Made by a program: the position numbers and the translations under genes
Shown here: one piece after another, positions 46,529-59,100 of the stretch
Numbering within the stretch: the first letter of the stretch is position 1
How the letters are laid out: each line of letters starts with the position of its first letter
From: Podarcis liolepis
Taxonomy: Eukaryota
DNA: 64,000 nt
Strand: one strand, 5' to 3'
NCBI GenBank assembly: GCA_965112155.1
Contig: OZ218100.1
The notes under the pieces: generated by a model
Database searches by the model: none
The model's input: the letters and a program-made list of their open reading frames with translations, nothing else
What the model was told of the DNA's origin: nothing

Positions 46529-49057
46529 CTATGAAAATAGAAGAGAGTCTTTTTTATCTTTTGCACAACTGAATGAAGATTGACATTTGAAGATCTAATT
46601 TTGATTGACTATCTTTCTGATAAAATTGTAGTAGGATTTCCTTTTTATCCGCACTGGATTTTTTCTTTTTAAGTGTTGGGGGAAAAGAATTACACCAACA
46701 TTAATTATCACATACCTTCTAGGATTGATGGGTATCTCCTATGCATTTTTTGTCTGAAATCTGAGAAAATAAAAATGTTAAGTTTGTAACAACAGTACAG
46801 TGCACAAGATTTCAGTCACAAAAATTAAGTAGTGTACATTTTATTACATGGTGGCTACATTTCCTAGGTTTTTTTGGTCAGTCATAAATACCTGTGATAA
46901 TCTTACAGGTAATGCAGCAACTTGGTTGTTTAGTCTCCTCAGGCTGTATTTCCAGTTGAAGACTTGCAGAACTTAGGCTTGTCACATTGGGCACAAAAGT
47001 TGAAAAAGGGAAGGCTATCAGACTCATGTATATTTTAAAATCTCAGTGGTAGGAAGTCTTAAGATAACACAAATTAATCTTTTAACACATTGCATCACTG
47101 GTCTAAAACATCACAGGGGGGATGTATAAAGTTCTTATTGTCTTGAGATCTGTAGGGAGGGCAGTGCCTTGCCCTTCGGCTGCTCTCAAATCTAGAATGT
47201 GCCCTACCTTTCACTTTAAAAGTGGCATAGTGGAGGTTGTCATGGTCTATCTCAGTTTAAGGAAGAACAGGTGGTGGTGGTTGTTTTTTTAAAGGTGTGC
47301 CACAGAGTTCTATTACAATAGTAACTCAAATTCTCCTCGTCTATCCTGAGCATTTCCTACCCAGATACCAATGTAATGCTTAGAATCATAGAATCATAGA
47401 GTTGGAAGAGACCACAAGGGCCATCGAGTCCAACCCCCTGCCAAGCAGGAAACACCATCAGAGCACTCCTGATATACGGTTGTCAAGCCTCTGCTTAAAG
47501 ACCTCCAAAGTAGGAGACTCCACCACACTCCTTGGCAGCAAATTCCACTGCCGAACAGCTCTTACTGACAGGAAGTTCTTCCTAATGTTTAGGTGGAATC
47601 TTCTTTCTTGTAGTTTGGATCCATTGCTCCGTGTCCGCTTCTCTGGAGCAGCAGAAAACAACCTTTCTCCCTCCTCTATGTGACATCCTTTTATATATTT
47701 GCTTGTTGTAATGTGCAAAAGTATCCATGCCAGATAAAGCATGGAGGAAGCTTTTTTCCGTTACATGAGTATACAACAACTCCACCCAAAGGAGCCCTGT
47801 TCTTAAGTTAGTACACAGAAGTGAAAATAGGATGCCTGAATGTGAAATATCAGTCTAGGTTGGGAACAAAGACCTGCACATAGCAGCACTGCCGAATCAG
47901 CGCCAGGCCTATCCATGGCAAGCAGGGAAGATCTGAAATAAGCTTCTACACATTCTTCCTTGATTGAAAGTACATGCCTCTGTGCAACTGAACCTAGAAA
48001 AGTGTTAAAGTGTGAAATGTGCATACCTGGCATAGGCAGGGTTTGTGTGTGCAGCCGCATGACCCCTATGCAAATAGATGTTTTCTGTTCAGAGACAATG
48101 CCTGTGAAAAATTGCTGGTGACTGGTAGTATGATACATGACAACCTAAGCAGGCTAAAGCCTGAGACCTACTGTAGTTGAAATAATTCCAAAAACTGAAG
48201 AGCTGTTCCAAGCAAACAGCTTAACAGCTATATCAGGAATTTTGCAGTAAAATTAGAGAATGCCACCTTCAAGGGAAACTTCCTAATAGGCAATGGATAT
48301 AGTTACTCAGAGGGGACCCGGGTGGCACTGTGGTCTAAACCACAGAACCTAGGACTTGCTGATCAGAAGGTAGACAGTTTGAATCCCCGCGACGGGGTGA
48401 GCTCCCATTGTTCGGTCCCAGCTCCTGCCCACCAAGCAGTTCAAAAGCACATCAAGTGCAAGTAGATAAATAGGTACCACGCCGGTGGGAAGGTAAACAG
48501 TGTTTCCGTGCGCTGCTCTGGTTCTCCAGAAGCGGCTTAGTCATGCTGGCCACATGACCCGGAAGCTGTCTGCGGACAAACGCTGGCTCCCTCAGCCTAT
48601 AGAGCGAGATGAGTGCCGCAACACCAGAATTGTCTGTGACTGGACCTAACCTTTACCTTTTTATAGTTGCTCAGTAGATAGAATGAATGTAAATGAGTGA
48701 GTTCAGAAAGAATGTGTGATTATGTTGGTTATAATACAAATACTGAAATTCCTAGTGTGTTTTCTAAATTTTGCAAATGGAAATAGGCTACTCTGCTTAG
48801 TCTTCCATTTAAGAAATGAACTAGATTTCAATGTATATCCTACTTTTATGTGTAAATAGCACTAATATTCTTATGACTGCAAATTCTCTGGTCAAAACGC
48901 TCTGTGGATTGACAGTTATTTGAAAAAGTAATGAGACACATAGTTTGTTACCTTGATTATTATCCATTTTAACATATAGTGCATATGCGCTAGCAACTCC
49001 GATAATTTCCACTAATATAACTCCTTTGAAAATCTTCCTTCCAAGCTCAGGATTCAT
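46446..49057 (-). CDS. CEBPZOS: CEBPZ opposite strand microprotein, 77 aa, 3 coding exons
   Basis: MNPELGRKIFKGVILVEIIGVASAYALYVKMDNNQ|DFRQKMHRRYPSILE|VYYKCNEYAGFHGKREKDEAAWLISKS*; matches the CEBPZOS pattern and syntenic position; 106+45+83=234 nt. Confidence 0.92.
46523..46528 (+). terminator. Likely CEBPZ polyadenylation signal
   Basis: AATAAA about 127 nt after the stop, followed by a U-rich element (46549-46562). Confidence 0.65.
46716..46760 (-). CDS. CEBPZOS: CEBPZOS middle coding exon
   Basis: ttttctcag/gtatgt; (D)FRQKMHRRYPSILE. Confidence 0.92.
47381..47700 (-). mobile_element. CR1 LINE 3' fragment, relatively young
   Basis: (CATAGAAT)n tail; ORF2 end ...RTRSNGSKLQERRFHLNIRKNFLSVRAVRQWNLLPRSVVESPTLEVFKQRLD. 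Confidence 0.92.
48311..48661 (+). mobile_element. Sauria SINE with 13-bp TSD
   Basis: Head GGGGACCCGGGTGGCACTGTGG, core GCAAGTAGATAAATAGGTACC, CCTTTACCTTT tail; TSD TATAGTTACTCAG / TATAGTTGCTCAG. Confidence 0.9.
48952..49057 (-). CDS. CEBPZOS: CEBPZOS first coding exon (exon extends to acceptor at 49077)
   Basis: gccATG; hydrophobic segment GVILVEIIGVASAYALYV; gtaaca donor. Confidence 0.92.
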
Positions 49058-49579
49058 GGCACAGCTAGTCCCAAGTTCTAGAAACGGAGGGGAACAAACA
49101 TTTCATTAATGACATAAAAATGTTATCAGAACAGGAAATAACTGATTTGTATATATGGTTTGATCAGAGGGATACTGAAGTATATTTGAAGAGAGGCCCC
49201 AACGGGCTATAAAAGGAGAAGAGAGAACTAGAGGCAGGATTTGCTTTCCACTTACTGTGCTCTGCTGAAAGTTCCAGTCCCTTCTCTTAATATTGAACAT
49301 GTACTTATTCAGACAGTCATCCTTTGCTACATGGAGAATGCTGACAACTGTGTAGCAGCTCAGAGGCTGTGCTGTGAATTAAGAATCCATCAGTTGAAAA
49401 TTTAGCTATGGCCTTTAAAGTTGAAAATTTAGGTGGCCTTTTAAGCATACAACTCTGAGTCTGCAATAAGGGGAAACTTAACTTGACAAAGCTGATTTTT
49501 AAAATCATGAATGAGAAGTACTTTGAACAGTCTTTAAAACTTTGGACTTCAAGGTGTAACGGTAAATGCAATTTCTAAA

Positions 49580-49673
49580 GTAGCTGTGACAGGCTATTTC
49601 AGCAAACAAAAGGAATCTTGTGGCACCTAAAAGACTAAATATTTTATTATGACAAGTTTTCAGAGGACTAGTC
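49580..49673 (-). mobile_element. Decayed Penelope-like pseudo-LTR remnant
   Basis: gtagctgtg...aatcttgtggcacctaaaagactaa...aagttttc resembles the PLE terminus seen at 29900-29955. Confidence 0.45.
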
Positions 49674-50200
49674 AATAAAAACTGATGTTTCAATAAAGTG
49701 ATTGTCTTTGTTGGAATTTGTGCTCAAAGTAATGAAACATGGTAAGGTTCCCATCTCCTGAGGATTCCGTACATGACCTCAGACACTACTGGTGAGGTTA
49801 TGTATGGCTAATCCACTTACATGTTTATCATGGATTGACTGTAGAATAAAGGGATGGTGTGCCAGTTATTCAGCACAGGGGACACTTTCAATTTATCCAA
49901 CTTGAAGTCAAAAACAATATTCAATAGACACTTTGCAGCTTGAGCCAAGAGCTCAAATTAAGCACCTATCCACTCCAGTGTACAGGGAACCAAACTGTAA
50001 CCATACTTCAGAGGGCTAACTGGGATGGTAGCTTAGCAGTGTGATCCTAAACATGAATTCAGATGGGGCTTACTCCCTGGTAAATGGTGATAGGATTGCA
50101 GCCTTGATTTCCTACACGGAATGAATTTATGTGCTGCAAATGGTATACCATCCTATGTGCAGTTTGACACGAATGGTGAAAACATGTCTGTTATGTTGCA

Positions 50201-50390
50201 TAATAATAATAAATTATTTGTACCCAGTGCATCTGGCTGGGATTCCCCAGCCACTCTGGGTGGCTCCCAAAAGAATATTAAAAACAGGATAAAACATCAA
50301 ACATTAAAAACTTCCCTAAACAGGGCTGCCTTCAGATGTCTTCTAAAAGTTGTTTAATTCCTTGACATCAGATGGGAGGGCGCCACTACC
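50201..50390 (-). mobile_element. L2 LINE 3' end fragment
   Basis: Reverse complement of the 25300-25500 region (cttccctaaacagggctgccttcagatgtc) with (TAA)n tail. Confidence 0.85.
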
Positions 50391-50979
50391 TAGAAGGCAC
50401 TAATTGCATAGTGGACTGCATTATCATTTAAGGATCTTTTAAATGATATTATTTAATAATCTTGCAACGTTTTTAAGTTCTGTGGGTTTTGTTTGGTATT
50501 GTATATGGGTGTTATTTCTTTCCCCCTCCCCCTTTTCGCATCTTACTTTAACCTGTGCAATTATACACACACACACACACACAATATTTATATATACCGT
50601 GTTTATGGAAGACAATCTTACTCGGCTACGAGTGATCGCCCAAAAAGAAAGATGATTTATATATAAATTTGTATATATAGTTAGTTAGAACTGCAGGGGA
50701 TCAACTAGAAGTACAACCTGTGCAATTTCCCTTACAGAAGTCACCTGAGCTTCCAATGGGCGCATCCAATGGGCCAGTCTAGGCAGCCGAAGGCAGGACA
50801 AGAAGCATCTCTCCTCCTCCCCATGGAACTGCTATCGGCCTACCCTCGGCTGGCCACGTGACTTCAGCCCGCCCCCCAACCAGCAGAGCAGACAAGGCAG
50901 GAACAAAAGGACTTCCTCCTTTTTTTGCTTCTTCCTCTTAGAGTCACTTTCGCTGCTCATATTAAGACACAAAGGCTGC

Positions 50980-51330
50980 AGCCGTACCTCGCCGTCTCCA
51001 AATGTGAGAGCGGCGCTTTACCGCCGGTAACAAACGCAAAGGCGCCCGACCCGGCGCGGCTCCCAGCACCGCGTCCGCCCTTGCGTAGTCCAGACCCACT
51101 TCCGGGGTGGAAGTGCCGAGGCACGCATGCGCATGGGCGCGCGGCACCTTCATTTCGCGCATGCGCTCAGCCTTCGTTCCTTCTCGCCGGTGCTGGAGAG
51201 TTCGCGCTGTGCTCCCTCTGTCGGTCCTGTTGGGACTGGCCGTGTCACTGTGCTGCCTGTAGGTGGCAGTGTAACGCAGCTGTGTCCTGCCGATCCGCAT
51301 AGAGGAAGGGGCAGCCTTCCCTGCTACCAT
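50980..51330. promoter_or_regulatory. CpG island, inferred CEBPZOS promoter/non-coding first exon with ETS(GABP) and NRF1 sites
   Basis: Inverted ETS pair CACTTCC-GGGGT-GGAAGTG 51097-51115; NRF1 ACGCATGCGCA 51123-51133 and GCGCATGCGC 51157-51166; minus-strand donor candidates GTACGG (50987) and GTAAAG (51021). Confidence 0.75.
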
Positions 51331-51865
51331 CGGCTTCTGGAGTGCAGAATTTCCCGCCGCAGCTGAACATAGGAACGTCGGCAGCTGCCTTATACGGAGT
51401 CAGTCTTTTGGCCCACGCAGAGAACATTCACAGCCCTTCCCAGAGATACAGGGAATTGAACCTGACATCTTCTGTATGCCAAGCAGTTGCTCTGCTACTG
51501 CGATCTTCTGCAAGCTCATGGAGCCAGAGTACACGCGTGTGGGAAAGATTGGGCTGTAAAGTCACTTGCAACCCCCAGCTAAAGTTAACAGCAACGAACA
51601 GCATCGAGGCCGATTAAAACATTTTGTAGAAGAGAGTTTGCTTGGTTTTATTTTAAAATCTTCTTTTACGTTTCAAGATGCCCATCAAAATAATGCAATT
51701 CAAGTCAACAAGTAGAATGGATATAATAGAGAAGTACCATGAGGTGGAACCAACGAACCATCAGAAAATAATTGCATGGGACATTGCACAGTTAAAGAGT
51801 TAAAGCATTATGTAACAGCTAGAGAGAATGTTTGCGCTATAGTATTGGAAGGTAAAATTGAGAGT

Positions 51866-52160
51866 AATAATAATAATAATAATAACAACAACATCAACAA
51901 TAATAATGCCGCCCACCTGGCTGGGCTTCCCTAGCCACTCTGGGCGGCTTCCAACAAAATATTAAAATACAGAAATGCATCAAACATTAAAAGCTTCCAT
52001 AAACAGGGCTGCCTTCAGATGTCTTCTAAAAGCTTGGTAGTTGTTGTTCTCTTTGACATCTGGTGGGAGGGCATTCCACAGGGCGGGCGCCACTACCAAG
52101 AAGGCCCTCTGCCTGGTTCCCTGTAACTTGGCTTCTCGCTGTGAGGGAACCGTCAAAGGC
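51866..52160 (-). mobile_element. L2 LINE 3' end fragment
   Basis: Same family as 24783-25574 in reverse orientation; (TAA/CAA)n tail. Confidence 0.87.
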
Positions 52161-52830
52161 CCTGATCCTCCCTCTGCTCTGTTGAGCCCTTGATTTGCAG
52201 GCAGAAAGTCCCAGTTTCCATCCCTGATATCTTCTGGGAGAGCTAGGAAAGGTCAGTCAGCTAGGAAGATATTGAGATAAATGGGCCAATGTTATGACTT
52301 GGTCTAAAGCAGCTTACTATGTTCTAAAAGCGAAATTACCACCAAAAAAGATTTATACACACACACACACACACACACGGCGCTCTGGCACTTGTCACAA
52401 TGTTCTCTTGTGCCAGAAGTGGTTTAGTCATGCTGGCCACATGACCCAGAAAGGCCCCCATTCTCTCTTAACTGGATAGCCCTTGAAATAGACGACTGCC
52501 TTTGTGTGAACACATGGGCATCCTAGTGACCATGGTGTGAGAAACTTGACTCCTGGCACTATTATGTAACTCTGAATTTAATACATTGTCCGGTAGTACC
52601 TGTTGAATTAGTTTTTGCATGTCTTTTACTTTGTAGAGATGCCCATGCTCTTTGCTTTCAGCAGGGATTATCTGAAAGGGTGAAAAGTATTTCCAGTACC
52701 TAAGGTGGGACAAGTGGGTTGGTTTTCATTTCAACAGAATAGACTCAAGGAAGCTGATCTGATATGGTTGGCTTGCTCATAAAATGCAGAAAACACAAAA
52801 GGATAAGCCCAAAGCTAAATAAGGTTTACT

Positions 52831-52855
52831 CCGCCCTCAAAATGCCTTCTTTAAA
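52831..52855 (+). promoter_or_regulatory. Candidate SULT6B1 core promoter (GC box + TATA-like)
   Basis: CCGCCC 52831-52836 and TTTAAA 52850-52855, about 55 nt upstream of the ATG. Confidence 0.35.
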
Positions 52856-52907
52856 GGCCTTTGCTGTCCTAGCAACCCAGCAGTAGCTCACAACGAAGAA
52901 GGCAAAG

Positions 52908-53103
52908 ATGACTGAGAAAACTTTTGCCGAGGAAATAGAGAAAGCTCTGGAAAAGTCCAAAGGCCTTAGCATCCATGAGCTTCTCTTTACCTACCAGGGA
53001 ATCCTCTACCCGTCTTCTGTCTGCAGTGCAGAAACATTCCAAGCTCTGGAGAACTTTGAAGCCAGAAAAGATGATGTGGTGTTGGTGTCTTATCCCAAAT
53101 GTG
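52908..53103 (+). CDS. SULT6B1: SULT6B1 exon 1 CDS
   Basis: MTEKTFAEEIEKALEKSK...VSYPKC; gtgaat donor. Confidence 0.93.
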
Positions 53104-56100
53104 GTGAATACAACCTTCCATTATTTTTCTACATACAGCAATGATGTCATGAGCAATGCAGCAGGACTGATGGGTGGTTTTTTTTTAGTACTGTATAAGG
53201 AAAGCTATTAACTAGCATTGCTGAGGGTAGTGTGCACTAGCACAGAAGTTGCCTTTAACTGGTTTACAGAGCGGGTCACACCAATAAGCTTATTATTTTC
53301 AATACATCTGAAACCTGTTGAAAACTAGACCACCTGCTCTTCCATTATTGCTACTTGTGCAAACCATTGAAAATGCACTTAAAGCCTTAAGGCATTTCAA
53401 TAAAAATGCTTTGCATTTTTAAAGGCACTATCAAACTGAGTTTGGAGTGGACAAAGCCAGAGAGGCAATGTTCTTGTGTAGATGTCACAACCAAACCATG
53501 TGTCTTGGATTTGTGCGTTCTTTCCTCCCTTTTCTCCTCCTTCCTTTTGTTCACACGGATTTCCTCCTCCTCTCCCACTTTGTTGCTCATAGTAACCTTT
53601 CTTTCTTTCTTTGTCTGAATGGTTATCACAAACCATAGTTTGTCTCCAAATCAGAACTGGAGGCTGACTGTGGTTTGCAGTAATCATAGGACTCAGCTAT
53701 ACAGCTTCAAATAAAACGTTTTAAGTGTGTTTTAAGTGCAAGATACAATGTGACACTAGATAGCAATGGTGAGTCTTATGGAAAATTCAATGTATTTTGA
53801 AAAACGCTTTAAAAGTACATTTTCAGAAGGTTTTTTTTAAATGTGTGTGTAGATTCCACCATAGTTTGACCAGGTTTGGATGCCACAGCAAATGATGGCT
53901 ACCAGGAAGTACCGGAGGAGAGCATGGTTTTCACAAGTGTGAAGCAAAACTCAAGAGTTGGTGGTGGTGTTTTTTGGGAGGGATAGTAGATTATTCAATA
54001 TTTTAGTGGCTGTATTACAAAGAAGATATATTTTTAAAAATGAACATGTAGTAGAGTAAAAGCCCAAACCAGTTTACTGTAATGTTAAAAATTGTTATTA
54101 AAACTGAACACTTCTATTTGAATATTTATTGATTGGAAAATAGTTTCAACCTGTCATTATAACTAGCTTAAAACAATACTGCAGAATGATTTATTTGTGA
54201 GACCTTGACCAAGCACAATCATGGTTATAAAGTTGGTCTTGAGCCTATAGGCAGGGGTAGCGACCATGGCTCCCTCCAGGTGTAACTGGATCCCTGCTCC
54301 CCTCAGGCTCAGTCAGCATAGCCAATAGTCAGGGGTGGCGGGAGTTGTAGTCCAGCAACCTCTGAAGGGCACCACATTTGCTACTCCTGCTATATTCTCT
54401 CAGATATATGGCCATGTGCCTTCCTGAAAGAAAAAAGGCATGAATTTCTTTCTTAAGAAAGCACCTCTGGGCATGTATTGTCACTTGTCTTCTTGTCACT
54501 TGGAATTAAAGGGCTGGCTTTCCTCAGAAGGCAGACAGCACTTCTTTTGAATCTCCAGACAGCATTCTGGGAATATAGCCACCCATCAATTCTGAAATGT
54601 CAACTCTTCCATCTTATGATGGTACTTCTCTACAATGTGTAAAAGTTAAGTTGGTGTGCCAGGGCTGGGGAACCATCAACTTGGGATGGTGAAATGCCTT
54701 AAAGTCCACCATAAGGATTACAAGCATTCCACTTATTTGTTTGTTCCAGGTATTAATTGGCTCATTCTGATTGTGAATGATCTGATCGCTACCACTTTGA
54801 AAACCAAGCATGAGAACACAGAGCTACCTTTCATTGAGTGTGGGGATCCAGAAAGGTATCAGGTTAGTAAGACACAAAGCCTAGCCTCCAAAATCAGACA
54901 CTTCACTCACACACATGCGTTACTCACACTGAAAGGAAGTAAGGGAACACGGGCAAACCTGCCCAACTGGTGACCCACCAAGCCAGGAGTAATCCATCAG
55001 CCATGTCTGGCAGTTCACCAAGTGCTCAGTAGTGATCCTGATTTTGTTGTCATTCTGAGATAACGAAGAAGCATGGTAGCGGTGGTGAAGAACCTGGGGC
55101 ACCACGGAACATGGCTGTTGTGCTCAGCCAATAGTGAGATGTAAGTTCTGCTGGTTTATCCTGGGAATCCCAGTTATTCCAACTGCCTTTTGATTAATAT
55201 GTGTCAACATAGCCGATCATTTTCATGTATGTCTGAGTCATCCATTTGATGCTACTTTTCTGTTCCTTTTTTTTTAAAAAAAGAGGATGAAACAGTTCCC
55301 ATCTCCAAGGATTGTAGCTACACACCTCCACTACAACCTTCTTCCCAAGTCCATCTTCAAAAATAAAGCCAAGGTAAGTGGTATAAGATCAGCTTCTTTA
55401 ATTTGTCAGGAAACATTTGCAGAAGTGACTCACAACTGTAAAGCAGTCAACAGTTCGTGGGAGCCTTGTGGGCACTGTAAGATGTTTCTGGTGCTGGATA
55501 TTGGTAACAATACAAGACAAGAGGTTTAGTAGGAAGGAAGCATTGGGCCACTCCTTTCGTCAGCCACAAATAAAGAGGGGGAAACATGTTGTAAAGTGCA
55601 TGGGGCAGTCATGAGTTTTTATAATACCAGATGTTTCTAGAAACATAATGTATCACAATGGGCTCATGCTCCAACCTTCAGGGGATGTGAAACCAGAGAG
55701 ACTGGAGTGCCTGAGAATGTGCTTTTTGAAAGGACTCATGACATAGTTCTTTCTGGCCATTATTTCAGCCTTCCCTTCTCTTACAAAAGAATAGCTTACT
55801 TCTAGTTGTAGTTTAGGTAGCCCAAAGTGGCATTGTTTTTGTTAATGACAGGAGGAGTTAAAATTTATGTCCTGTTTTCTCACCTCAGGTACTGCTGCTA
55901 TTTCGTAATCCTAAAGATACGGCTGCATCATTTTTCCATTTTCACAACAATGCTCCAAGCATTCCCAGTTATAACTCCTGGGAGGAATTTTTTTCACTTT
56001 TTATGAATGGGCAAGGTACTCTATTAATACTTTTGAATGGATTTGGGAAATTAAACCTCTTGTGAAAACATGTGAACTATATTCAAGCTCTACCAATTTT

Positions 56101-59100
56101 GCTGATACTAGTGCTAGCAGGGGAAGACTTGGGTTTTGCCCACGATAACTGTGGTTTGCAGTTTGAATGGCTTTTTAGCAATGGAGATACAATCTGGAAA
56201 GGGAAGCATCTGTGTGCCTTGACTGGTGAACATGGGCTGAAAACTGATGATAGTTGTTGAGAGAGGTGGAATAATGATAGAGGCATTATTGTCCTTGGTG
56301 TACACTCACATTCCTTTTGTCTCAGTGTCACTCCCAATCAAACAGGAGTATAAAACCATAAAAAACTATTTGCTGTACATGAATATTGGATGAGTGTTTG
56401 CATCACAGTCGTTCATGTCACCTTCAACATCCTGTTGTCTATATATAGCCGAAGCCCAACTGAGGATGTGCATGAATGTTTTTCCCCCAATAGCTGGCCC
56501 CATATTATCAGAGACAAAATTTGAAAGACTTTTGTTGATTAAGAATAAATCTCTCTTTTCTTGTGATTGTACGTTATCCCTGTGGGTATAAAGAGATATT
56601 GTGTGAACACTATGCAATGTTTTAAAAATAGCCTACTGTTAAAGTTTTAACAGTTTCTACTAGTAATAAAATACTTCTGATGAGTTGTCTTGGTCTGACC
56701 TGCAGTTGCCTGGGGAAGCTATTTTGACCATGCAGTCGTGTGGAACAAACATATAGATGATGAAAATGTTCTGGTTCTAACATATGAGCAATTAAAAGAG
56801 GTGAGCATATTCATAACTACCAGCAAGGGTAGTCTAAAAATAAGACGTTATCCCAACTTGCATAGGCTTTGCAAGATATAACTAGATCAGGATCATTGTT
56901 TGAGGGCGGGCTCATCCATGTTTCAGCTCCTAAACTTTTTCTGAATGTGAGGGAAGAGCCTGGAATATTTGAAGTGATAACAAAGGACAGAGAGTCTCTG
57001 TTTATCTGAGGAGCAGAGTGTCCCAGTGAATAACCCCACCCCATGCCCATAACCTATAGGCACTTGGAGCTAGAGGACAGTGATCCTTGCTTCCATCCTT
57101 GATTTGGCATCTGAAGAAGAACATGAGCCAATGCTGCCAATGCTGGCCCTTAATGTCATCAACAGTGGAATTCCTGGCTTGTTTCTGTAACTCATTTGAA
57201 TAGTCAAGGAATCGCTGGCAACACAGTAGCAGCCAAAACCTGTTTACCAAGCTGAGAGATGAGTATGTCTAACCATACTAATGGAAAGTATGGCTTTCCA
57301 AAGAAAGCAGGAAGAGCAAACTCTGTTATAGGGGGTTGGCGTACTTCCTTTTGGATGTGCCTCAGTTGTGACATCCATTTCATTAAGGGTTTGTTCCCCA
57401 GCATTCATATTCGTGGCAAGAACACTGATTGCAGTAAGGTAGTCTCATACTCTGGATGCTTGCCATAGGGAGAGAGTTGAACATCCAGTACCCATTTGCC
57501 TCCTGTAGTTTTCATCTACCTGCAGCATTATATGGCTAGTGTGGACCTTTCTGTTTGGTGGCATCACCAAGATTACCCCAAAGCAACCATAACTGTGCTT
57601 GAATACTGGCAATGTATTCTGAATCCCATATTGTTCTGGTGTAGCTTACCATGGGAGAAAGAACTTTCAGTATTGATCTTCTCACTACATTGCTTTCAGG
57701 ACCTGGTTGCTGGAGTGAAGCAAATAGCTGAATTCTTTGGCTTTACTGCTACTGCAGAGCAAATTCAGGCTATTGCAAACAGGACTGCGTTCCAAGCAGT
57801 GAGGGACAAATCACAGGAGACACATGGAGCGGTTGGCCCACTGATCTTCCGGAAAGGTTGGTGATAAACTTCTAATTTTGCTATAGCTTGCTTTAGAGCA
57901 GTCTCTTATGAGTAGTCATAAGTGTCTTCCATGTTTTAATTGATTAACCATGCAGTCCTATGGATATATATCTGGGGAAAGCCAATGCTGTGCTCTCTAG
58001 GTGTTTTGAGCCACAGTATATATAATTTCTTGATCACTGACCATGCCAGCTTGGGCTGATAGGAGCTGTAGTCCAACAGTATTAGGAGGGCATTCCATTA
58101 GCTATCCCTAATCTATACTCAGAACAATGAGTATTTCAATGGAGCCTACCCTCAAATAAGTGCACATAGGATTGCAGCATCCATCAACCATAGCCAGTAG
58201 TTGGTGATGACAGAAGTTGTAGTCCAACAGCACTGAGAGAACACCATGTTGGCTGTCTCTAGTCATTACTGACTGGCAGAGGCTTTCCTGAGGTCAAGAC
58301 CAGGGGCCTTTCCTGGAGATACCAGAGACTGAACCTGAGACTTCCTACATGGAAAATGTTTTTTGTTGTTTTTATACACCACCCTGCCTCCCAAAAGGGA
58401 CACCATGTCATCTACCACTGAGCTAGGGCCCTTTCCCACTGTATTAGTATATAGTAAGCTAAGGTAAAGGTAAAGGGACCCCTGACCATTAGGTCAAGTC
58501 GTGACCGACTCTGGGGTTGCGGCGCTCATCTTGCTTTATTGGCTGAGGGAGCCAGCGTACAGCTTCCGGGTCATGTGGCCAGCATGACTAAGCCGCTTCT
58601 GGTGAACCAGAGCAGCACACGGAAACACAGTTTACCTTCCCGCCGGAGCGGTACCTATTTATCTACTTGCACTGGCGTGCATTCAAACTGCTAGGTGGGC
58701 GGAGCTGGGACCAAACAACGGGAGCTCACCTCGTCATGGGGATTTGAACTGCCGACCTTCTGATCAGCAAGCCCTAGGCTCTGTGGTTTAACCCACAGCA
58801 CCACCCGCGTCCCTATATAGTAAGCTACATGCATCTAAAAAGAGATTCAATAAATGAACGTGATGGTCTTACAGAACAAGAAGCACTGCAGAGAAGACTG
58901 ACAAATTTGACACAGGAGGGCCATAGCTTTTGTGGCTGTATTCAGAGGCCTTCCTACTGGCCAACCTGAGGAAAAAAATTGTACCATTTTGTTCCCGGTT
59001 ACAATAACAAAACCTAAAGATTTTTACTGGATGATCTTCATATTTTTGTCTAGCAAAGTTTATATGATGTCTATTAAATGTCTCTTTCCCTCCCTCCATT

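Noticed and set aside
50925-51617. Several 60-125 aa ORFs on both strands
   Set aside because: Stop-poor CpG island plus a SINE fragment; no recognisable protein features.
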